Shown here in pieces: positions 8,135 through 18,446 of a stretch of DNA of 64,000 bases (position 1 is its first letter; each line of letters begins with the position of its first letter). A program made the position numbers and the translations under genes. The notes under the pieces are model-generated. The model made no database searches. It was not told where the DNA came from and worked only from the letters and a program-made list of their open reading frames with translations. This stretch comes from Candidatus Iainarchaeum sp. (lineage in GTDB: Archaea; Iainarchaeota; Iainarchaeia; Iainarchaeales; GCA-2688035), in the NCBI GenBank assembly GCA_002688035.1, contig NZBU01000009.1, forward strand, positions 25,929 through 89,928, written 5' to 3'.

Positions 8135-9373
8135 TTGGACATGAAGGTAGCTATTCTCTCTGATTTTCATCTAGGATTTGGAGAAGGGACAGAGCGGGCG
8201 GAAGAAAGCTTTGAGCAAGCAGCATCGGCACTCAGGCTAGCACTTGACAATAACGCGGAACTAATTCTTCATACCGGGGATCTCTTTGATGAGGACATTC
8301 CTTCCCAAGAAACATGGGACAAAACATTCAAACTATTTTCAATCCTCAATGAGAAAAAGTCCGATGTCCTAGTTGTGAAAGAAAAGAAGGATGAGAAAAA
8401 AGAATTCCACTTTTCCCACTTACCATTAATCGCAATTCATGGAACACACGAGTATAGGGGCAAAGAACTCAAGAATGCACTTGAAGTACTTGAGTCAGCC
8501 GGCTTGCTCGTACACCTGCACGCCTGCACGGCAACAATTGGAAATTTGGTTGTTCATGGTTTGGGTGGAGTTCCAGAAAAGAAAGCGCTGGACGCACTTA
8601 AGATGTGGGGCCCAAAGCCTGTTGAAGGCAAGAAGAATGTTATACTCTTGCATCAAAGCATCAAAGAGTTCCTGCCGTTTGATGATGATATGATTGCAAC
8701 CATTTCCCTTGCCGATCTTCCTAATGGTTTTGATCTTGTTGTAAATGGACATTTACATTGGACTAGCGAACAGAACGTAGCTGCGGGTCGCTTTATCATG
8801 CCGGGCAGCACAATCATTACACAAATGAAGAGGCTTGAAGCAGAAAAAGGAAAAGGAATTTTTATATGGGATACAGAAGCAGATGCTCTTGAATTCCTGT
8901 CGATTCCGAATCAAAGAAAATTTTTCTACAAAAAGCTTGAGTTCAAAGAGGCTGAGCGCGATAAGATAAAAGCACGGGTTGAGAAAACCCTTGAGGAAAT
9001 TCTCGCACCAACATTTCCACAAAAACCATTAGTTAAAATAAAACTTGTCGGAAGCCTTGCCAAAGGGTTGCAGCAAGGAGACATTTCTCTCAAACAACAA
9101 ACGGAAAAATTTAAAGACAAGGCACTAATTTCTGTTTCAAGAAACTTTGAAGCAATTTCTTTTGCAAAAAAGCTTGAGGAACTTCGCTCACTTCAAAAGA
9201 GCCGCAAGAGTGTTACAGCCATGGGCTTAGATTTGCTGGAGAAAAATCTTTCACAAACCTCTTTTGGAAACGCGTTTGATCCACGCGACTTGTTTGAAAT
9301 GCTTGCAATTGGAAAGATTGATAAGGCAGTGGAAAAATTCCTAAACAATGCTCCAAAACGGGAAAAGGTTTAA
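8135..9373 (+). CDS. mre11: Mre11-family DNA repair nuclease (calcineurin-like phosphoesterase), no adjacent Rad50
   Basis: The phosphoesterase motifs are present: DFHLG, HTGDLFD, IHGTHE, LLHQS and VNGHLHW. Confidence 0.6.
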   Translation: MDMKVAILSDFHLGFGEGTERAEESFEQAASALRLALDNNAELILHTGDLFDEDIPSQETWDKTFKLFSILNEKKSDVLVVKEKKDEKKEFHFSHLPLIAIHGTHEYRGKELKNALEVLESAGLLVHLHACTATIGNLVVHGLGGVPEKKALDALKMWGPKPVEGKKNVILLHQSIKEFLPFDDDMIATISLADLPNGFDLVVNGHLHWTSEQNVAAGRFIMPGSTIITQMKRLEAEKGKGIFIWDTEADALEFLSIPNQRKFFYKKLEFKEAERDKIKARVEKTLEEILAPTFPQKPLVKIKLVGSLAKGLQQGDISLKQQTEKFKDKALISVSRNFEAISFAKKLEELRSLQKSRKSVTAMGLDLLEKNLSQTSFGNAFDPRDLFEMLAIGKIDKAVEKFLNNAPKREKV

Positions 9374-11348
9374 AAGAACCATTTTCCTCTTGTATAACAT
9401 GCCATTTATTTGGATTAGTTTTATTGCAATTGTTGCACTTGCCTTCGCGCTCTTCACCTATCTAAGAATAATGAAGCGCAGTCCTGGCTCAAAAGAAATG
9501 CAGGAAGTAAGCGATCTTGTGCATGATGGCGCACTAGCCTTCCTAAACAAAGAATATCAAATTCTCATAGTCTTTGTAGCAATTGTTTCAATACTCCTCT
9601 TTTTTGGGCTGGGAACAATTACTGCCGGGGGCTTCATTCTTGGAGCGTTCCTTTCTGCGTTAAGTGGAAACATTGGAATGAGAATTGCAACCAAGGCAAA
9701 CGCTAGAACAGCCGAGGCCGCAAAAAAAAGTGTTGGAGATGCTTTGAGGCTTGCATTCTCCAGTGGAATGGTTTCAGGCATGACTGTTGTGGGCTTTGGA
9801 CTACTCGGCCTAACTGTATTATACTATTTTGTCAATGATCCTGTTTTACTCTATGGCTTTGGTTTTGGAGCAAGCAGTGTCGCGCTATTCGCAAGGGTTG
9901 GAGGTGGCATTTTCACTAAGGCCGCAGATGTTGGGGCAGACTTGGTTGGAAAGGTTGAAGCAGGAATTCCTGAGGACTCTCCAAAGAATCCAGCCACAAT
10001 CGCGGACAATGTTGGTGACAATGTTGGGGACGTAGCGGGAATGGGTGCAGACCTGTTTGAAAGCTATGTTGACTCAATTATTGCCGCAATGGTTCTTGGA
10101 GTATTGGTTTTGCCAGAGCTAGGTGCTCTTATCCCACTTTCTCTTGCAGCACTTGGAATTGTTGCAAGTATTATTGGAAGCATATTTGTAAGAACAAAAA
10201 ATCACGATGTGTTCTCTGCGCTTGATCGGGGGATTATTGCGTCCGCCGTTATAACCGCAATATTAGCCTATATTCTGATAAGCCAAACTATGCCCGATCT
10301 AAATGTTTTCTATGCAATGCTTTCCGGTATTATCAGTGGAGTACTAATTGGGTATAGCATCAAATATTTCACTTCAAGTGAACACTATCCAACAAGAGAA
10401 ATTGCAATGTCCGCGCAAACTGGTGCAGGAACAAGTGTCATAAATGGTTTGAGCGTTGGAATGATGTCAACTATTGGACCTATACTATTTGTCAGCATAG
10501 CAATCCTTGTTTCATATTACTTTGCAGGATTATTTGGAATAGCAATCGCGGCAGTAGGAATGCTTAGCATTGTTGGAGTAACTCTTGCAACAGATACCTT
10601 TGGAAGTGTTTCTGACAATAGTCAGGGCATAGCAGAAATGACTGGCATGGGCAAAAAGGTTCTGGAGCGTACAGCTGTGCTTGATGCGGTTGGAAACAGT
10701 ACCGCTGCCATTGGAAAGGGCTTTGCAATTAGTTCTGCAGCACTCACAACTATTGCACTCTTTGCTTCTTATATTCAGATAACAGGCCTTGCTTCAATAG
10801 ACCTTAGTATTCCAGTTGTTATGGTGGGATTGTTCCTTGGCGCGTTTGTGCCATTCCTGTTTTCCTCTCTCACAATGAGTGCGGTTGGAAAGGCTGCGCA
10901 CGAAATGGTAAAAGAGGTTAGAAGACAGTTTAAAGAAATTCCCGAGATTTTGCAGGGAACCGCAAAGCCTGATTACAACAAGTGCATTGAGATTAGTACC
11001 GAGGGCGCGATAAAATCAATGATTATTCCAGGGCTTATAGCAATCTTGTTTCCACTTGCAGTTGGATTGTCCTTGGGTGTAGAAGCTTTAGGTGGGTTCT
11101 TGGCAGGGAGCATTGCAACAGGTTTCTTAATGGCTGTTTTCATGGCAAATTCTGGGGCGGCATGGGATAATGCAAAGAAATGGATTGAACAAGGAAATAT
11201 CGGAGGCAAAAAAAGTCCTGCTCACAAGGCGGCAGTGGTTGGAGATACTATTGGTGATCCTTTCAAAGATACTGCAGGGCCGTCTCTAAACATCCTAATA
11301 AAACTGATGACAATCGTTGCCCTTGTTGTTGCACCATTAATTATTTAA
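9348..11348 (+). CDS. hppA: membrane-bound proton/sodium-translocating pyrophosphatase
   Basis: The protein is 666 aa and multi-TM. It has the typical V-PPase motifs GGG(I)[25 protein letters not shown] and [15 protein letters not shown]. Confidence 0.9.
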   Translation: MLQNGKRFKRTIFLLYNMPFIWISFIAIVALAFALFTYLRIMKRSPGSKEMQEVSDLVHDGALAFLNKEYQILIVFVAIVSILLFFGLGTITAGGFILGAFLSALSGNIGMRIATKANARTAEAAKKSVGDALRLAFSSGMVSGMTVVGFGLLGLTVLYYFVNDPVLLYGFGFGASSVALFARVGGGIFTKAADVGADLVGKVEAGIPEDSPKNPATIADNVGDNVGDVAGMGADLFESYVDSIIAAMVLGVLVLPELGALIPLSLAALGIVASIIGSIFVRTKNHDVFSALDRGIIASAVITAILAYILISQTMPDLNVFYAMLSGIISGVLIGYSIKYFTSSEHYPTREIAMSAQTGAGTSVINGLSVGMMSTIGPILFVSIAILVSYYFAGLFGIAIAAVGMLSIVGVTLATDTFGSVSDNSQGIAEMTGMGKKVLERTAVLDAVGNSTAAIGKGFAISSAALTTIALFASYIQITGLASIDLSIPVVMVGLFLGAFVPFLFSSLTMSAVGKAAHEMVKEVRRQFKEIPEILQGTAKPDYNKCIEISTEGAIKSMIIPGLIAILFPLAVGLSLGVEALGGFLAGSIATGFLMAVFMANSGAAWDNAKKWIEQGNIGGKKSPAHKAAVVGDTIGDPFKDTAGPSLNILIKLMTIVALVVAPLII

Positions 11349-11379
11349 ACAACAAACACGTTCTTCTTTTTGAAGTAAC

Positions 11380-13353
11380 ATGACTGATAAAACTAAGTGG
11401 GTTGTCAAGGATCCTAAGCGAAAAAAAGTTTTCCTGCCAAGCCCAGCTATGAAGAAGCGAGCCTACTTCTCTAGTACTTCTCTTTACACTACTGCTGCCA
11501 AAAACCCTAAAAAGTTCTGGGGGGATATGGCAAAAGAAGCTATTGACTGGAAACAAAAGTGGAACAAGGTTTATGAGGAAAAGCCCCCTTACTTCAAATG
11601 GTTTTTGGGCGGAAAACTAAATGTTTCTTACAATTGTTTGGACAGGCATCTTGAAAAAAGAGGTAACAAAGTAGCCATGATCTGGGAAGCAGAACCGCTG
11701 GGAGAAAGGGAGAGAAAATATACTTATCGTGGTCTCTATAGGGAGGTTTGCAAGTTTTCAAATGTACTAAGAAAACTAGGGGTCAGGAAAGGAGACAGAG
11801 TTGGAATATACTTACCAATGATTCCTGAAACAATGATTGTAATGCTTGCTTGCGCAAGGATTGGCGCGATACACTCTGTTGTCTTCAGCGCTTTCAGTGG
11901 TGTAAATTTCAAGAAGAGAGTTGATGACTGCGAGGCAAAAGTATTAATTACCTGTGATGGGTACTGGAGAAGAAATAAGGCCATAAACCTCAAGTCTCAA
12001 GCTGACATTGCGGCAAAAGCCAAAAGCGTAAAAAAAGTTGTTGTAGTAAAAAGGTTTGAAGGAAAATCTCCTGTAAAAGTTGTAATGAAGAAGGGCCGTG
12101 ACCTCTGGTACCATGAACTCATGGAGAATGCTAGCGAGGACAGCAAACCAGTTCCCGTCGAATCTAATACTCCTTTATTCTTGCTTTACACTTCTGGAAC
12201 AACCGGGAAGCCTAAAGGAGTTATCCATGACACCGGGGGCTACTTGACTCAAGCTTATTTGACCACCAAACTTGATTTTGACTTGCATGACGACGATGTT
12301 TTCTGGTGTACCGCGGACGTTGGCTGGATTACAGGGCACACTTATGCCTGCTATGGTCCACTTTCACTTGGTGCGACAATGGTAATTTACGAGGGTTCGC
12401 CTGACATGCCGGACTGGGGCAGGTTGTGGGCAATAGCTGATAAGTTTGATGTAAGCGTGTTCTATACCGCGCCAACAGCAATTAGAATGTTTAAAAAGAT
12501 GGGTAAGAAGTGGCCAAAGCGCTATGACCTTTCAACATTAAGAATTCTTGGAACGGTTGGAGAACCAATTGACAAGGAAACCTGGGATTGGTATTTTGAT
12601 TATATTGGGCACAAGCGCTGTCCTGTAATTGACACCTGGTGGCAAACAGAAACTGGCGGTACACTAGTTAATGCCCTGCCAGGCATAGGTCCGTTCATTC
12701 CAACCGTTGCTGGCAGACCATTCCCTGGAACCAGAGCAGCAATTCTAGATGATAAAGGTCAACCCGTGAAGAAGGGAGAAACAGGGTACCTTGTTTTTAA
12801 GAGCCCGTTCCCACCAGGATTATTACGTGGAGTCTGGAAGAACCCGAAGAAATACAAGGACACTTATTGGGGTGAGTATGGCAACAGGACGTACTTTACT
12901 GCGGATGGTGCAAAGTGGTATGATAAGCACAACATTAGGATTACTGGGAGAGTTGATGACGTGATGAAGGTTGCTGGGCATAGATTGTCTAGTGCAGAGG
13001 TTGAGGATGCAATAACTTCGCATCCACTAGTAATTGAGTCAGCAGTTGTCCCAAAGCCGGATGAAATCAGGGGTCAAGTGCCAATAGCCTTTGTTGTTTT
13101 GAGACCGGGGATAAAAGAGTCTGAGGCTCTTGGAATAGAATTAGTAAAGCTTGTGAGAAAAGTTATCGGTCCAACAGCAAAGCCACACAAGGTTTACTTT
13201 GTAGAAGGCTTGCCAAAAACCAGGAGCGGAAAAATCATGCGCAGATTCCTGCGCTCAATGCTGGTAAACGAAAAGCTCGGGGACAAAACTACGTTACAGA
13301 ACCCACAAATCGTAGACTACTTGAAGAAAGTTGTTGGCTACAAGAAAAAGTAA
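11380..13353 (+). CDS. acs: acetyl-CoA synthetase (AMP-forming)
   Basis: The AMP-binding motif YTSGTTGKPKGV is present, the protein is ~650 aa, and it has the typical Acs C-terminus. Confidence 0.9.
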   Translation: MTDKTKWVVKDPKRKKVFLPSPAMKKRAYFSSTSLYTTAAKNPKKFWGDMAKEAIDWKQKWNKVYEEKPPYFKWFLGGKLNVSYNCLDRHLEKRGNKVAMIWEAEPLGERERKYTYRGLYREVCKFSNVLRKLGVRKGDRVGIYLPMIPETMIVMLACARIGAIHSVVFSAFSGVNFKKRVDDCEAKVLITCDGYWRRNKAINLKSQADIAAKAKSVKKVVVVKRFEGKSPVKVVMKKGRDLWYHELMENASEDSKPVPVESNTPLFLLYTSGTTGKPKGVIHDTGGYLTQAYLTTKLDFDLHDDDVFWCTADVGWITGHTYACYGPLSLGATMVIYEGSPDMPDWGRLWAIADKFDVSVFYTAPTAIRMFKKMGKKWPKRYDLSTLRILGTVGEPIDKETWDWYFDYIGHKRCPVIDTWWQTETGGTLVNALPGIGPFIPTVAGRPFPGTRAAILDDKGQPVKKGETGYLVFKSPFPPGLLRGVWKNPKKYKDTYWGEYGNRTYFTADGAKWYDKHNIRITGRVDDVMKVAGHRLSSAEVEDAITSHPLVIESAVVPKPDEIRGQVPIAFVVLRPGIKESEALGIELVKLVRKVIGPTAKPHKVYFVEGLPKTRSGKIMRRFLRSMLVNEKLGDKTTLQNPQIVDYLKKVVGYKKK

Positions 13354-13480
13354 GCATTTTTTTCATTCTTTTTCTTTTTAATTTTATAAATATATCACAT
13401 ATTCTATTCCAGATTATAAATCCAAAGATAGTTTTCACCGCAACCATACAATTTAATTAAGAGAAAAGTAATTATTAAGT

Positions 13481-14140
13481 ATGGCAAAGGACAATATCCC
13501 ACGTGGCCAGGATGGGCGCTTTGAAGAGATTTCCCCTGGAGTAGCTAAACAGGTAGTTAGAAGTATTCTATTTTCCAAAAGGACTATTAGGCAGATTGCT
13601 CAAAAGCATGGTGTTTCTTCTGCATATGTTTCAAATGCAAGAGACGCCTTAAGGATGTATGGGGGTCAGGCTCCACATCTAAATACTAGGGAGGCGGCTT
13701 TGCTTGAGCGCGAGTATAAAGTCATGCAATTTATTTTCAATGCCTGTCATAATGCGCAGCAAACAGGACGAAAAGTTCCTTCTGCAGCAAAAATCAAAAT
13801 TTCAGCCGACAAAGTATTGTTAGGTATTACCGGAAGCGTTTCACTAAAAATGGTTAACAGAGTTCTTGATACATTCGCAGTGCAAGGAATAATTCCTCCC
13901 CGAAAAAAACCCGGGCCGAGAAAACAGGTTTCAGTTAACGCACAGCAAGATCCTATCATAAAGCTTATTCGTGAAAAGCCTGCGATTTCAAACGCAGAGC
14001 TAATGCGCATAACTAGGTTAACTCAATCAAAATTAAACTTGAGATTACGAAAGCTTCGTGACCTTGGTGTATTGCCTCTAAGACAACGGCCTGGCGGAAA
14101 ACCTTTTAGGAAAAGAAGAACAAGAATAAAAAGGAAATAA
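13481..14140 (+). CDS. hypothetical double-HTH protein with a basic C-terminal tail
   Basis: Two HTH-like segments are present, RTIRQIAQKHGVSSAYVSNA and ISNAELMRITRLTQSKLNLRLRKLRDLG. The C-terminus is arginine- and lysine-rich. Confidence 0.35.
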   Translation: MAKDNIPRGQDGRFEEISPGVAKQVVRSILFSKRTIRQIAQKHGVSSAYVSNARDALRMYGGQAPHLNTREAALLEREYKVMQFIFNACHNAQQTGRKVPSAAKIKISADKVLLGITGSVSLKMVNRVLDTFAVQGIIPPRKKPGPRKQVSVNAQQDPIIKLIREKPAISNAELMRITRLTQSKLNLRLRKLRDLGVLPLRQRPGGKPFRKRRTRIKRK

Positions 14141-14161
14141 TAACACAAATTTAGATGGTTC

Positions 14162-15310
14162 TTATGGTAAGAAATCCTTTTCCTTGATTTTCTTTGGCAA
14201 ATATTCTGTTGCAACGAACTCAAGGCTTTTGTTGGCGAGAGCTTGCTGTTCTATTCTGATCTTTTCTCTTATTGCTTTTTTGAGTTGGTTCTGCCATAGC
14301 TTATTTTTAAACCAAGGATACTCCAACATTTCCTTTGCACGTTTGATATCTCCGTCTTTCATTCTCTCAGTTACATTCTCTAGTCCATATGTTTCAACAT
14401 CGTGCAAAGTCATTCCAACATATTGGGCCTCAGGGCATGCTAGGTACTGTGAGTGCGCTGCGAGTGCCATTGAACCCTGTTTTATAACACTGTAAATATA
14501 CCAGCCATAAGGGTCACCATCTGTAAACACTATTACCGGGAGTTTTTTCTCGGAGTTAAGTCTATTGATAAGTCTCCTTGTTCCCCTTGCAGCCTGTCCT
14601 CCTGTACTGACAAGTATGCAATGGTTCTTCTTTGCAAACTGCTCCTCAACAAGCCTTTCATACATTGCCTCGGTCTCAATCACTAGAACATACTTTGCGT
14701 TAACACTGACAATCTCTATTTCCTCGGGCTCAAGGCGTGACATTACGCTCCAGCCACCCCTTCCAAGCTTTGCACAGTTGAACTTGTCATTGTGATGCAT
14801 TTTATCCTTGAGTGTAATATCTCCATAAAGTGTCCCCTTTGGGTTTGCATGCAAGTTGAGCTTTTCGCGAATTGTGTTAACACTGTGTTCCAGGTCAACA
14901 ATTACAGCATCACTCTCTGTTTGTCCGTCAAAAGTGTTCTCTTTGCTGTTTGGAACAGTGTGCTTTAACTCATAATAAACTTCTCTGATTGAAGCAGTCT
15001 TGTTCTGATTTAAGTAGTCACGGGTCTTTGCGGCAACCATTGTTGTCTGCATGAACTTTCTTGCGTGTCCAATGTTCAAAAAGTTTCTCGTGGTCTCTTT
15101 ATCTCCAAGTGTAAGAATTCCTCTGTCCTCATCAAATTCTACATTGCTTCTGCCTCTCAACTGGGTTTTGAATGACGGATCTTTTCCCTTTTTGATGTCG
15201 GCAACCATTCCATCCCCTATCCCCTCCAGCTTCTTCGCAATCTGCTTTGGGGTTTCTTTTCCCTTACTTTTTGCCTTTGGCTTTCTTGTCTTTGCCTTCA
15301 TCATCTTCAC
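14162..15310 (-). CDS. top6A: DNA topoisomerase VI subunit A (Spo11 homolog) with a K-rich N-terminal tail
   Basis: This is a TopoVI-A/Spo11 family protein with 5Y-CAP and Toprim regions (VIVFTDGDPYGWYI). It is adjacent to top6B. Confidence 0.85.
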   Translation of the reverse strand: MKMMKAKTRKPKAKSKGKETPKQIAKKLEGIGDGMVADIKKGKDPSFKTQLRGRSNVEFDEDRGILTLGDKETTRNFLNIGHARKFMQTTMVAAKTRDYLNQNKTASIREVYYELKHTVPNSKENTFDGQTESDAVIVDLEHSVNTIREKLNLHANPKGTLYGDITLKDKMHHNDKFNCAKLGRGGWSVMSRLEPEEIEIVSVNAKYVLVIETEAMYERLVEEQFAKKNHCILVSTGGQAARGTRRLINRLNSEKKLPVIVFTDGDPYGWYIYSVIKQGSMALAAHSQYLACPEAQYVGMTLHDVETYGLENVTERMKDGDIKRAKEMLEYPWFKNKLWQNQLKKAIREKIRIEQQALANKSLEFVATEYLPKKIKEKDFLP

Positions 15311-16964
15311 CCTTTTTGTTTTCTTCAGTGCTGTTTTCCTCTAGCTCCTCAACCTCTTCGGCTTCATCAAGTCTCAATTTCTCAAGAACCATTGTTTCAA
15401 GTTTTTTCTGCAGCAACTTTTTGTCAGTTCCTGTTAACTCGTTCAAGGCCATAACTATTTCAGGAATGTATTTGTAGAACAATTCTCTCTTAAGCTGCTT
15501 CTCGCGCTCCTTTCTCTTACCACTAATATAGCGCCCTGCTTTCCTGCCGGACTGCATCAAAGCAAGTCTGATTTCCTCAATAACTTCGTCTTCATCAGCT
15601 ATAGCTTGTTTGCCGGCTCCAGTGTAGGGAATGTGCACTGAAACAAAATTGACAAGGACAGTAAGAGGCGCTTTGTCAACATCTTTTATGTCATAGCGCT
15701 TCCAGTCAATGCTGTGCACAGACTTTGTGATTGCACAGTTTCCCGCGTCAAATAAAAGTGGTGCGCGATTCGCAAACCTCATAATTTCAAGTCTTTTCTC
15801 CATTCCCTCTGCACCCGAAACAGTTCTGCCTGCTTTTCCGCCATAAGCTATTGCTATCTCAACTTGAAAAGGAAATCCTCCAGCATAAACCTGTGGCCTT
15901 CTTGTAAGAACTGTTAAAAATTCTGGATCAACAATACTTTGTAAGCTCTTTCCAACTTGCGCCTCGCCAATTGGCCTTAGTGCATCTCCGCCAGGTGAGA
16001 TAAAATCAACTTCTTTGAATGCGTTAATTAACTGCTCTGCCTCATCCCAGCCCAGTTGCCTAGGGTCTTTATTGAGGTCAAATTGGACTTTTTTACCTAT
16101 TGACTCAACACTTTTTTGACCCATCCTATCAAAATCTTTTTTCAGGAAGCTGATAACTTTTCTTGAATCAGTATATTTTGCAAGTGTAACAATTTCATCA
16201 ACAGTAACTCCTTTTGGATGGGGCTTCACAACTTTTGGTCTTTCAGGAACTTTGTTCAGTGTTCGTTTAAAAGTAATCTTTTGTCCGGCAGGATCCCTAA
16301 AACTTATTTGGGCATGTGGGTTTGCAATAGCAGTTCTACGCAAATACTCCAAGGCCCCCTGCTCACTATCCCTGTACAGGACTCCCTTAAACTTGGCTTG
16401 AACAGCCAATCCTCTAAAATTCTTTGTCAAATCTTTCTTGTTTGCAATCTTTGGCTCATTCCTCTTTGGATCAATGCTCAGTTGCAGTGAGATAGTCTTG
16501 CCGTCTCCTGTCCCGGTAATAACCTTTATTGGTTTCCCTGTAGTCATTTGACTAAGCATTGTACAGCCACTTGACCCAATTCCCTGCTGTCCTCTGCTCT
16601 GCATCATTCTGTGGAACTTTGTTCCGGCCAAAAGTTTTCCAAGGGCCTTTCCAACTGTTTCCTCTGTTAACCCTGGTCCATTGTCTTTGATCGTAATCTC
16701 GTAATACTCTGAACCAAGTTCGTCAATCTTAACATCGATGTCAGGGAGAATGTTTGCTTCCTCGCAGGCATCCAAAGAATTTGTTACATATTCGTGAATA
16801 ACCGTTGTAAGTGTTCTAACTTTTCCATAAAGCCCTAGCATCTGCTTGTTCTTTTTGAAGAACTCTGCAACACTGTGCTCTTTGAACTCTTTGGATAGCT
16901 CTTCAGCGTCAACTATTTTTCCCGCCAGCTTATCCTCAAGTTTTCCGTCAGCCATTTTTTTCAC
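15264..16964 (-). CDS. top6B: DNA topoisomerase VI subunit B
   Basis: This is a GHKL ATPase (NGPGL, GQQGIGSSG). Its length and its pairing with top6A support the call. Confidence 0.85.
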   Translation of the reverse strand: MKKMADGKLEDKLAGKIVDAEELSKEFKEHSVAEFFKKNKQMLGLYGKVRTLTTVIHEYVTNSLDACEEANILPDIDVKIDELGSEYYEITIKDNGPGLTEETVGKALGKLLAGTKFHRMMQSRGQQGIGSSGCTMLSQMTTGKPIKVITGTGDGKTISLQLSIDPKRNEPKIANKKDLTKNFRGLAVQAKFKGVLYRDSEQGALEYLRRTAIANPHAQISFRDPAGQKITFKRTLNKVPERPKVVKPHPKGVTVDEIVTLAKYTDSRKVISFLKKDFDRMGQKSVESIGKKVQFDLNKDPRQLGWDEAEQLINAFKEVDFISPGGDALRPIGEAQVGKSLQSIVDPEFLTVLTRRPQVYAGGFPFQVEIAIAYGGKAGRTVSGAEGMEKRLEIMRFANRAPLLFDAGNCAITKSVHSIDWKRYDIKDVDKAPLTVLVNFVSVHIPYTGAGKQAIADEDEVIEEIRLALMQSGRKAGRYISGKRKEREKQLKRELFYKYIPEIVMALNELTGTDKKLLQKKLETMVLEKLRLDEAEEVEELEENSTEENKKGEDDEGKDKKAKGKK

Positions 16965-17504
16965 CTATAACTCAAATTTGCTTGATTCAATTTCTTTTCT
17001 CTTCAAAAATCCTAATACACTACTATGCTTTGCTCCGCCCAACAACATTTCTATTGCTCGTCTTGCATTCTCTACATTTTCAACATTGCCAATTATGGAA
17101 ACCGTTTTTCCGTAAACAGAAATAAAACAGTTCGTTGATTGCTCAATACTGTCCCTGGCTTTTCCTTTTCTGCCAATTATCCTGCCTTTCTTGACTTCTA
17201 ACTGTTTTTTGCTTCCGCCAACTATTTCGGCAAGGTCAATTATGTCAAGATAATTTTCCTCATCTGAAAGCAAAAAGGCCTTTTCAGGCGCAAAACCGCG
17301 CCCAATAGCTTTGATGATGCTAAGTGCATTATAAAAATCTAATCCCTTTTCCTTTGCCTCAATCAAGACATTTCCTGTTTCACTTTCCACATTGACCTTG
17401 GTGTTGGTGAGTTTCTCTATTTTCTGCTTAATCCGCCCGTTTTTTCCGATCAAAGCGGCAATTCTTTCCTTTGGAATTTTGATTGATTCATCCATAAAAA
17501 CCAC
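16965..17504 (-). CDS. KH-domain RNA-binding protein (Dim2/Pno1-like, two KH domains)
   Basis: Two KH motifs are present, IGKNGRIKQKIE and IIGRKGKARDSIE. It is adjacent to the RIO kinase. Confidence 0.7.
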   Translation of the reverse strand: MVFMDESIKIPKERIAALIGKNGRIKQKIEKLTNTKVNVESETGNVLIEAKEKGLDFYNALSIIKAIGRGFAPEKAFLLSDEENYLDIIDLAEIVGGSKKQLEVKKGRIIGRKGKARDSIEQSTNCFISVYGKTVSIIGNVENVENARRAIEMLLGGAKHSSVLGFLKRKEIESSKFEL

Positions 17505-17586
17505 TAGAAGGGCTTTTTTACGGCTCTATATATTAATAAATGATATATAAGGTTATAAAGCTTTCGTGAAACCGCTTCACAGGATT

Positions 17587-18417
17587 CTATTTCTTAAATA
17601 AGGCTTTTTTTGCCTTTATTTCGTCCATCAAGGACTCTTTAGTTATTTTTAGGCCCTTTTTCCTCAGATAATTGCTTATATTGGTTATATCTCTCTCAAA
17701 AAAGCTTTTTGCTTCGGGGTGTGAGTTCAATACTGCTTGCGCACAATCAATTACCACTAATTCGCCGTTTTTGTTCAGTATATTGTACTCTGATATATCT
17801 GAATGGATCAATTCTGCCTTGAAAAGCATTTTTGCTAAGAAATCCACCAATGTGGAGTGCAATTTCTCCACATCCTCCAAGGGTTTCTCCTTTAATCTTG
17901 GGCTAGCTTCACCTTTTTTCCCCACAAACTCCATGACCAGAACATTGTTTTGGAATGCCAGTGGTAAAGGGGCTCTAACCCCAATCTTATGCAATAGTAG
18001 CAAGTTCTTGAACTCTTTTTTTGTCCAAGCATAGACAAGGCTTCTGCGCGTCTTCTTTACCCTTCCAAATCTTACGTCTCCCTCAATATACTGGGACATG
18101 CGCTTGAAGTCAGTTGTCTCAATCTTGTAGATTTTTACTGCGCGAAAATTCCCAGTCCTATCTCGTGCCCTGAAGACATGGGCTTCTTTTCCAGTGCTTA
18201 TCACAAATTCTAGAACATCAAAGTAACCCTTTGAAGCGAGCGCATGCACAGACTCGATTGTCTGCCTGTCAAAGACCTTTGCAAAGATCTTTCTTGCGCT
18301 ATCATCAGGCACAAATTTCATCAGACTGAATTCCTCTTTTTTCTCCTCTTTCATTAAAAAAGGTTGGAGAGAGCAGTATTTATTATTAAGTGGAACAATT
18401 CTTTGCTCCAAAAACAA
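17587..18417 (-). CDS. rio1: RIO-type serine protein kinase (Rio1)
   Basis: ISTGKEAHVF, LVMEFVG and IHSDISEYNIL are RIO-family motifs. Confidence 0.8.
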   Translation of the reverse strand: MFLEQRIVPLNNKYCSLQPFLMKEEKKEEFSLMKFVPDDSARKIFAKVFDRQTIESVHALASKGYFDVLEFVISTGKEAHVFRARDRTGNFRAVKIYKIETTDFKRMSQYIEGDVRFGRVKKTRRSLVYAWTKKEFKNLLLLHKIGVRAPLPLAFQNNVLVMEFVGKKGEASPRLKEKPLEDVEKLHSTLVDFLAKMLFKAELIHSDISEYNILNKNGELVVIDCAQAVLNSHPEAKSFFERDITNISNYLRKKGLKITKESLMDEIKAKKALFKK

Positions 18418-18446
18418 ATTTAAACCAGTTCAACACTATTTACTTT

